Of a DNA stretch of 64,000 nucleotides, positions 57,426-64,000 are shown in pieces. The position numbers were made by a program, and so were the translations under genes. Every line of letters begins with the position of its first letter. The first letter of the stretch is position 1. This stretch comes from Dudresnaya verticillata (taxonomy: Eukaryota): NCBI GenBank assembly GCA_977862235.1, contig OZ374558.1:2046001-2110000 (forward strand), given 5' to 3'. The notes beneath the pieces were generated by a model. That model searched no databases. It had not been told where the DNA came from and saw only the letters and a program-made list of their open reading frames with translations.

Positions 57426-58484
57426 TGGCTTCGTTGTTGACCTCACAGATACTAAGCGGTTTAACCGTGATATCTGGATCAAGTCTCCAGTCGCCACCGG
57501 GATATTATCCGGCACTTGGTGAGAAAGTTTGGATACTGTTTGTTTGTAGTACTACGCCATCAGGTTGCTCTTGTGATTCCTTTCGTCAAAGCAGACGCAC
57601 TCCAAACCAGCATGAGTAAACTAATACTAAGGTACCACTACTGTCGGTATCCGGACTAAATCTCGAGCGGCACGTTACCCATACCCATATATTAACGAAC
57701 TCGGCAGTCTTTCCCCTCCAGCAATACCCGCAACCGCTCCTACCTGCTCGGAGCACAACACTTCCGAATGCAGGTGGGACCTCCGTCATCTCAGCCGCTC
57801 ATCATTTCCATCTACTGAGGCTAAGCGCGACCAACTACGCATGGGAGTCTACTTTGACGATCCAGCCTTTACAAATCGCGCCTGTCCCAAAGCTTTGAAG
57901 TCTCTATGGTCAGTCTCCGTTCCCTCCACCTTCGCTCAGCTCGCTCCTCCCTAGGGCGCTATTGCGTTACGGGAAAAGGCGAAACGCATACACTATCGCC
58001 GGTTATGTCCCCACAATGACATCGACTTTCATCCTATGGTCATGGATACCTACGCCTGCATGTTCTCTGGTATTCGACTGTCGTGCCCAACGGATCGCCA
58101 ACTTCATGGCGGGAAGAAAGGGCACTTATCTGATGAATAAAGTGAGCACTTCCCCTACTTGCTGAAAGGCTCCCTCTTCTTACTCGTTTCGCATCCCTTA
58201 TCTTGCAATGTGTGGCTATTTCGGCCAACCGGCGCAAGCCTGCAGAATTATAGTAGTGTTCCAAACCTTTAAGCTCCCTTAAGGGCGTTACTGGGTTCCC
58301 TCCTTGCGTAGACTTCGTAGTCCCTCCTGTTCTGGGCAAAACATTTCATAGCTTCATGGACGGCGACACGCGTCAGCCACATCTTTCTCCCGTTCCCCAG
58401 CCGTTCCGTTTTGCTGTCGGGTTCTATGAGATCGCATGGACGTTGCGTCACTGTCACAGGACAGGCATTCTTTCGAGTTGCATT

Positions 58485-61400
58485 GAGAGCAGATCACTGC
58501 AGATATGCGTCTTGAGGGATTTGGGCAGTTCCTGTACACCGGCAGCGTCACAGACGTTGATTTGAACGAAACGCTCAAGCAGATATGAGTTCGATTGCGC
58601 CAGACTGTTCGAGCTCTTCGTCACCATTTAAGCATTCGCTGGGACGCATCCTGTTCGCTTCGGCCTTCATCATTTCCATATGTAGAGTGCGCGTCGTGTT
58701 TTTCCCTGCTTTGCTGGTCCGGATACAACAGTGACTCGCAAAGAATGCAAAGGATTATGACGGAGTCTTGCTCAGCTGGATGCCATCAAGCTGAGAAATC
58801 TTGGTTTTTCGAGGTGATATCCCGGAGAGTTGCCTGCCCCCTGACTTTGCTGCATCGTGCCCTCAGCGACGCGAAAACCGATGTCGTCCTGATGCCCTTA
58901 GGCAAAACATTGCTGTTCATCATCGTGCACTCGGGTCCTCCTGGGGGGATTTCTAGCGCAGTGCTGAGAGTAACCCGGATGTTCGCGGCCTGCCTGCTCT
59001 TGGTGGCAACGGAGCGAAGCGATGTTTGCCCAAAAGTGAATGAAAGCAAACTGCGTGATCCTTGGGGCATGCCCACCGCAAAGAACAGTATCTGTACAAG
59101 ATAAATGCGCTGCGCGAGCTCGCGCACAATGCCACAGACGTACGCCGCGACGTCGGCATGGGCATGGCTGAGGAAGGATCGGCCGCGCCAACTACGTTGA
59201 AGGCTGCCTGCAGCGCGGGCATGAGATTATTGACAGAGATGCGCCGAAAGAAGGGCGGCGTGACGGACGGGATGTCCATGCGGAAAGCCGGCGGTGTGGA
59301 GAGGGTGGCACCGGGAGGAAGAATGCGGCACGAAAGGAGAGGTTTGAGCGGAGAATGGGAGTGGCTTTCGAAGGGCGTCGGGAAGGCTGCGCGAGCGATA
59401 GGAGCGGTGCCCAAGCGGCGTACGAAAAGATCGAAATGCCATCGCGCGGCGAACGCAATCCTGAGATTTTTGAGGTAACTTTTATGGCTTTTTTACTAAA
59501 AATATCAATGTCATATTGATGGTATGCCAAATGGCCTTCTTTGGAAATCCAAATGAAGGCGGCTCTCCCTTCCGCCTCGAAGCGTAGGCCGTCCGTCTTC
59601 GCGCCCTTTCTCAACAACTGTTTGCCTTCCCACTGAAAATCCCTGTGCCGTTGAACAACCACTCCAACCAAAATAACTGCGGATAAAAAAGGAGTCCTGC
59701 ATTTCACGATGAACGACAAGAATGAGGTCTACTGCTCGCGCAACGACAGAAGGGACACTTCTCCGGCATTGAGTCTGAGGGGAACGCATTCCGGGAACAT
59801 CAAGAAGTCCTGCCCGAACACAACGTCCAGTTCTGAGCATTCTAGTAAGCTCAAGAATCGTCTGTCGGTCTTGGCGGTCAAGGTGGATGCCCAGAATGAA
59901 AGGAAGGAAGAAAATGAAGATCCCGCCAAACGAAGGCCCCTCACGAACGACATGGTCAGGATTTATTGTCTTAAGCATAAGCGGTTCTACCGTGCAATAC
60001 TCTTCTCGACATTTGCCTACATGCCGAATCAGTTTTTGGTTTTGTACTGTGACGAGTCCAGGAAGTCTGAGATCGTGGATCTTGACGTGGCTATCTGGCG
60101 TTTCGATGACGATGATACTGATACCGAAGAGAGCGCGTCATTTTAATGATGTGCTTGGGTTTACGCTCCAAGGCGTATGGTAACGAAGGTAATGCTCGCA
60201 TGTTACAGCGCACGTGGGATAGAAGTAGAGACAAACAATTGTTCCTCTAGATACCCTTCCCACTTCAACCCAATCATCACCTCCCACCACCTAACAACCA
60301 AGATGACCGATCAAAACCACCCCACTAAACACAGCCGTCTATCGACAGCCTTGAACCCAACAGTATCAAACCTCTTGGATCCGTGCATCCTGGTCGCTGA
60401 GATGCACCAAAACCTTATTCATCATGACCGGCACTGCAAACCCGGACGTGCAATACTTCTCCCGCCTTTTCTCGAAGCCGCCTGAACAGAGCTCGTGCAG
60501 GACACCCTCCGCTATCACCTCCCTGTCGAAAACCACCTCCCTAGATATCTACCATCCGATCTTGCAAGCAGCGTTAACCGAACAGAACTCATGGTACTCG
60601 CTTTTACCCGTGATGTGTACCCAACGGTCTGCGGCCCGCCCGTACAGAGTGCCACCTTGGACTACAGGAAGGAGCGACAGGGGCCGCCTCCACGACTGGT
60701 GCATTCCTTCCCTCGTTGACCGGCTCGGCGCCGCATGTCGCAAAGTGGCGAGACACACTGGTTGTGCGGCGTACGAAGGCCTCTCAAGAAAGACATAGTC
60801 AGGGTTTATTGTGTTAAGCATAAGTGGTTCTACCGTGCAACACTCTTCTCGATATTTGCCTACATGACGAATCAGTTTTTGTTTTTCTACTGCGAAGAGT
60901 CCAGGGAGTCTGAGATCATGGATCTTGACGTGACCATCTGGCGTTTCCATGACGATAATACCGAAGAGAGCGCGTCTTGTCAATGATGTGCTTGGGTTTA
61001 TGCTCCAAGGCGTATGGTAACGAAGGTAATGCTCGCCTGTTACTGCGCACGCGGGATAGAAGTACAGGCACGCACCTCCCACTACCCAACAATCAAGATG
61101 ACCGATGAAAATCACCCCACCAAACACAGCCGTCTATCGACAGAATTGGACCGAACAAAATCGAACTTCTTGGATCCGCGCAACCTGGTCGCCGAGATGC
61201 ACCAAACCTTGTTCATCATGACCGACGCTCCAAATCCGGACAAAAGGACGCTAACAGCTATACTTCTCCCGCCGTTTCTCGAAGCAGGTCAGACGGAGCT
61301 AGCGCAGGACAAGCTCCAGTATCACCACGATCTCGAAGACCACCTCCCAGGAAAGATGCGTTTCGATATGGCCGAAATGCGCATTCCACAAAGTGTGATC

Positions 61401-61671
61401 CTGGCGCCCCTCCTGCGTAGAGGAAGGGGCTTCTTCATCGATCCGGCGCGGAGAGAGGAAGGCAGCTGCTCACGATCTGGTGCAGATTCCAATCGCGCTG
61501 CAGAATCAATGCGGTCGGGGACATTGTTCGCAAAGATACATCCTGGTTCTGCGTCGAGACGACTATTTTGAAGAAGGCGTTGGCTTCCTGGTGGGAAGGT
61601 GCCGCAAGATGTGTGGTTCGAGCCCGTAGATCCGTTGAGGTATCGTGCGCTGGGCGTGAAACACCGCTGCC
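58485..61671. repeat. Right arm of older inverted segmental duplication (empty allele for the DIRS element and 42-bp insertion); includes Tudor-like ORFs 59709..60146 and 60735..60986
   Basis: Reverse complement of 45352-47556 plus 52145-53232. Confidence 0.92.
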
Positions 61672-61674
61672 TTC

Positions 61675-62104
61675 GTGGATGTGGTACAGCGCAGCGCTAG
61701 TGTGCAAGGCAAAATCAGCAGATTGAGCGACGAAGTCAAGGGCCTGTCGAGCAGCCCAGAGTATCTTGGGGTTTTTATCACCGGCGATTCTCTGGAGAGC
61801 GTAGACCAGGCAGTGTTGGAGGGGAAACCCCTAAACCCTCTGTTGAATGAAAGTCCTTACGGTCGTTGAGAAGAATTGTCGCCTCACTCGTCTAGTTTCG
61901 TTTGTGCTCCAATATGTAGCCCTTGCTGTGAACCGTCGGCGCCTTCTCAGCGCTCCCAGTCCTTCCTCGTAGTCTCGTCCCCTTATGGGAGCCCCTTATA
62001 CGCCTTGGTTAAAGTGATGTTCCCCCTCCTTAAGCTCCCGTATGGAGCGTCTTGATCTAAATATTCTTGAGTAAAGTTGATCTCTCTCTCTCTCTCTCTC
62101 TCTC
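61675..62104 (+). mobile_element. Short degenerate LINE-like fragment ending in taaagttga(TC)n
   Basis: EYLGVFIT resembles the RT YLG motif. Ends in a (TC)12 tract and lies at the duplication breakpoint. Confidence 0.4.
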
Positions 62105-62667
62105 GACCCTTCGGGGGCTGCTTCTTTTCACAGAACCAGTCCACCTCATGGTGGTATGTCCGCGCGCGAGGTTGAGGTCAGTAAGTCTGCTGGAGAGGCT
62201 GCGCGAGTCGCAACGGCGACATCGTTGGTGCCAGTCCGAGACCGTGGACCATTCGGCCCGCATCGGGTGATGCCGCTTGCGACATGGTGCCCGAGCTACT
62301 GGGCGGAGCTCTCGAGTGAGTTCGACTATTGAACCCGCAGACAACGATACTGCGATTTATCATACCACATCCCAATCCACAAGCGCTTTCTGCCTTCCAT
62401 ATCCAGGATCCCAGTAAACATAACAAACTCTCTTTACAAATTCGATGTTTCGGTTTGAATGTCATAGCATCCGCGCTCTGAGAGTTGGTACGCGGGAAGG
62501 TACCTGAACTATGAGCAACCAGAAGAGCCCGCTCTGACACGCGCTACATTCGCAACGCTGGTGCCCCCGCAAATTCCACACCGTCGCAAACCCGGCGCAG
62601 CGGCTTTTCCTGCGAGTGTCCTCAAGGATTACGAGACTCGCGCTTTGCATTTCTCGCGATGAGCCAA

Positions 62668-63115
62668 GAGAGAGAGAGAGAGAGCGACAGCGACAGAGAG
62701 AGACCTTTGTTCAAGAACAACAGAGAAGCCCATTAAGTGGGTTTAGGAATCAGAGCTACCGCAAAGAGGCGGTAGAGCTAGCTTGCGGCGATTGATACTC
62801 CCCGCGGCGCATTGGAGAGCTAAAGAGAGTAAACGAGTAGTGAGGCGAAGCCTCTCCGTAGATGGAGAGGTCCCACGTTGGCTGGCAATGAAATTAGCTG
62901 TACGTTAGGCGCCAAGCTCAAAGACGGATCCAACACGGTCCTAGGCATTTACAACCATAGGATGAAGAACCATATCCACACTACCACACAGGCGGCGGTA
63001 ACGAGAGTGTTTGAAGCGTTCGCGGGCTGCAATAGCTTGGCCAGGGACACAAACAGTGGAGCCGTGAATAAAATGGGTGCTGACGAAGGAGACATCAAAG
63101 CCATGGATCCATACG
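62668..63115 (-). mobile_element. 3' end of CRE-like non-LTR retrotransposon (RLE C-terminus, 3' UTR, (TC)n tail)
   Basis: HGFDVSFVSTHFIHG...PGQAIAARERFKHSRYRRLC...LHPMVV, then RLLSLALQ, then the tail ttcttgaacaaaggtctctctc...(tc)n. Homologous to 32984-33100. Confidence 0.75.
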
Positions 63116-63143
63116 CAGCTGCGCAGCACGCCGCGCCCCTCCC

Positions 63144-64000
63144 TCACCGTCGCTCTACCTCCGACCGGAACGTCTTCGCGCCGTGTATCCCACGAACCCA
63201 AATTGTGGCGTTGTTCCGCATTCCAACGTCGCCCGGACACTCGGTCTCGTTCAGCACATCGCCGCGCCAAAACAGCCGCAGCCTGTTCGCCACCGCCCCA
63301 AACTCGCTCGCGTACGCCTTTTTCACCTTCCAGAACTGCGTCGTCCGCTTGATCCGAAGCACCCTCTTCTCGCTCACCGTCTCGCCCGACACAAGCACCT
63401 CCAGAGAGCTCTTCGTCCAAGCCCCGCGCTTCCGCGCACGCCGCGGTGTCTGCGCGCTCGGTCCTTGCGCACCTCGCGAGCTCCCGCCACTGCACGTCGC
63501 GCCCGCTTCCTCCTTGCCCTGGCGGCCCGACTCGCCTGCCTGCGCCCCACTCGTCCCATCGACCGACGCGCCTTCCCCCTTCTCGCGAGCAGGAGAGCGC
63601 TCTGATGACGAGACACGCGCCCGCTTTCTCCCGGCATGTGCACGCGCCGCACCTTGCTCTTCGTGCGCGCACGACGGTTCCCGCTCGCGTTTGGCTCCTG
63701 CCGGCGGCGGCGGCGGAGGCGGAGGCGGAGGCGGAGGCACACCCGCGTCCGCCGCGCCAGCTGCCGCCGCTGCGCCGGGCGTCGCGGGGTGCGCGGCGGC
63801 ATTGCGCCGAGTAGGCACCTCGTCGCCGTCCGCGCACGACGGTTCCCGCTCGCGTTTGACCCCGCCGCCGCCACCTGCCGGCGGCGGCGGAGGCGGAGGC
63901 ACACCCGCGTCCGCCGCGCCAGCTGCCGCCGCTGCGCCGGGCGTCGCGGGGTGCGCGGCGGCATTGCGCCGAGCAGGCACCTCGTCGCCGTCCGCGCACG
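63144..64000 (-). CDS. Protein with 54-55-aa Ala/Pro/Gly-rich tandem repeats and C-terminal SUMO-like (Rad60-SLD-type) domain; 5' end beyond window
   Basis: LEVLVSGETVSEKRVLRIKRTTQFWKVKKAYASEFGAVANRLRLFWRGDVLNETECPGDVGMRNNATIWV matches the SUMO pattern F.IK.TT.L.KL..AY....G......LRF.FDG..L....TP..L.M.D.D.I.V. Frame is open to the window edge; repeat units start at 63666, 63831 and 63993. Confidence 0.7.
   Translation of the reverse strand, partial: CADGDEVPARRNAAAHPATPGAAAAAGAADAGVPPPPPPPAGGGGGVKREREPSCADGDEVPTRRNAAAHPATPGAAAAAGAADAGVPPPPPPPPPPPPAGAKREREPSCAHEEQGAARAHAGRKRARVSSSERSPAREKGEGASVDGTSGAQAGESGRQGKEEAGATCSGGSSRGAQGPSAQTPRRARKRGAWTKSSLEVLVSGETVSEKRVLRIKRTTQFWKVKKAYASEFGAVANRLRLFWRGDVLNETECPGDVGMRNNATIWVRGIHGAKTFRSEVERR

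Noticed and set aside
1..64000. tRNA, rRNA, snRNA genes, telomeric repeats or prokaryotic operons
   Set aside because: No diagnostic motifs seen; a covariance-model scan would be needed to exclude small RNAs.

Overview
Eukaryotic, intron-poor, repeat-rich DNA. The gene and transposon content (Sel1-repeat gene, secreted Ser/Pro/Thr-rich Cys-repeat proteins, LINE, CRE-like and DIRS relics) suggests a red-algal-type nuclear genome, but this is inference only. (1) 1-14477 is a near-perfect giant palindrome (base x pairs with 14478-x) whose left arm runs off the window. It duplicates a Sel1-repeat gene and a secreted five-repeat beta-propeller-like gene. The arms surround a ~0.9 kb spacer bordered by an older, diverged ~150 bp inverted repeat. 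(2) 14.5-23 kb is mostly degenerate or hypothetical coding sequence, including a Cys/His zinc-finger-like ORF. (3) 23-31 kb holds two large secreted proteins, one with ten 10-Cys domains on mucin-like linkers (393-bp tandem array) and one with a Lys-rich tract plus ~17 Cys-rich repeats in very GC-rich DNA. (4) 32-62 kb is a mosaic of dispersed repeats: LINE RT fragments, CRE-like RLE retroposon 3' ends with (TC)n tails, ~40-bp micro-insertions with 11-bp TSDs, and a repeat family encoding a Tudor-like domain. It also contains an older inverted segmental duplication and a full-length 4588-bp DIRS/PAT-type tyrosine-recombinase retrotransposon. An empty paralogous site defines that element's exact ends, and its terminal repeats do not fit the canonical patterns. 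(5) 63-64 kb is the 3' part of an ORF with tandem repeats and a C-terminal SUMO-like domain. I found no rRNA, tRNA or CRISPR array.
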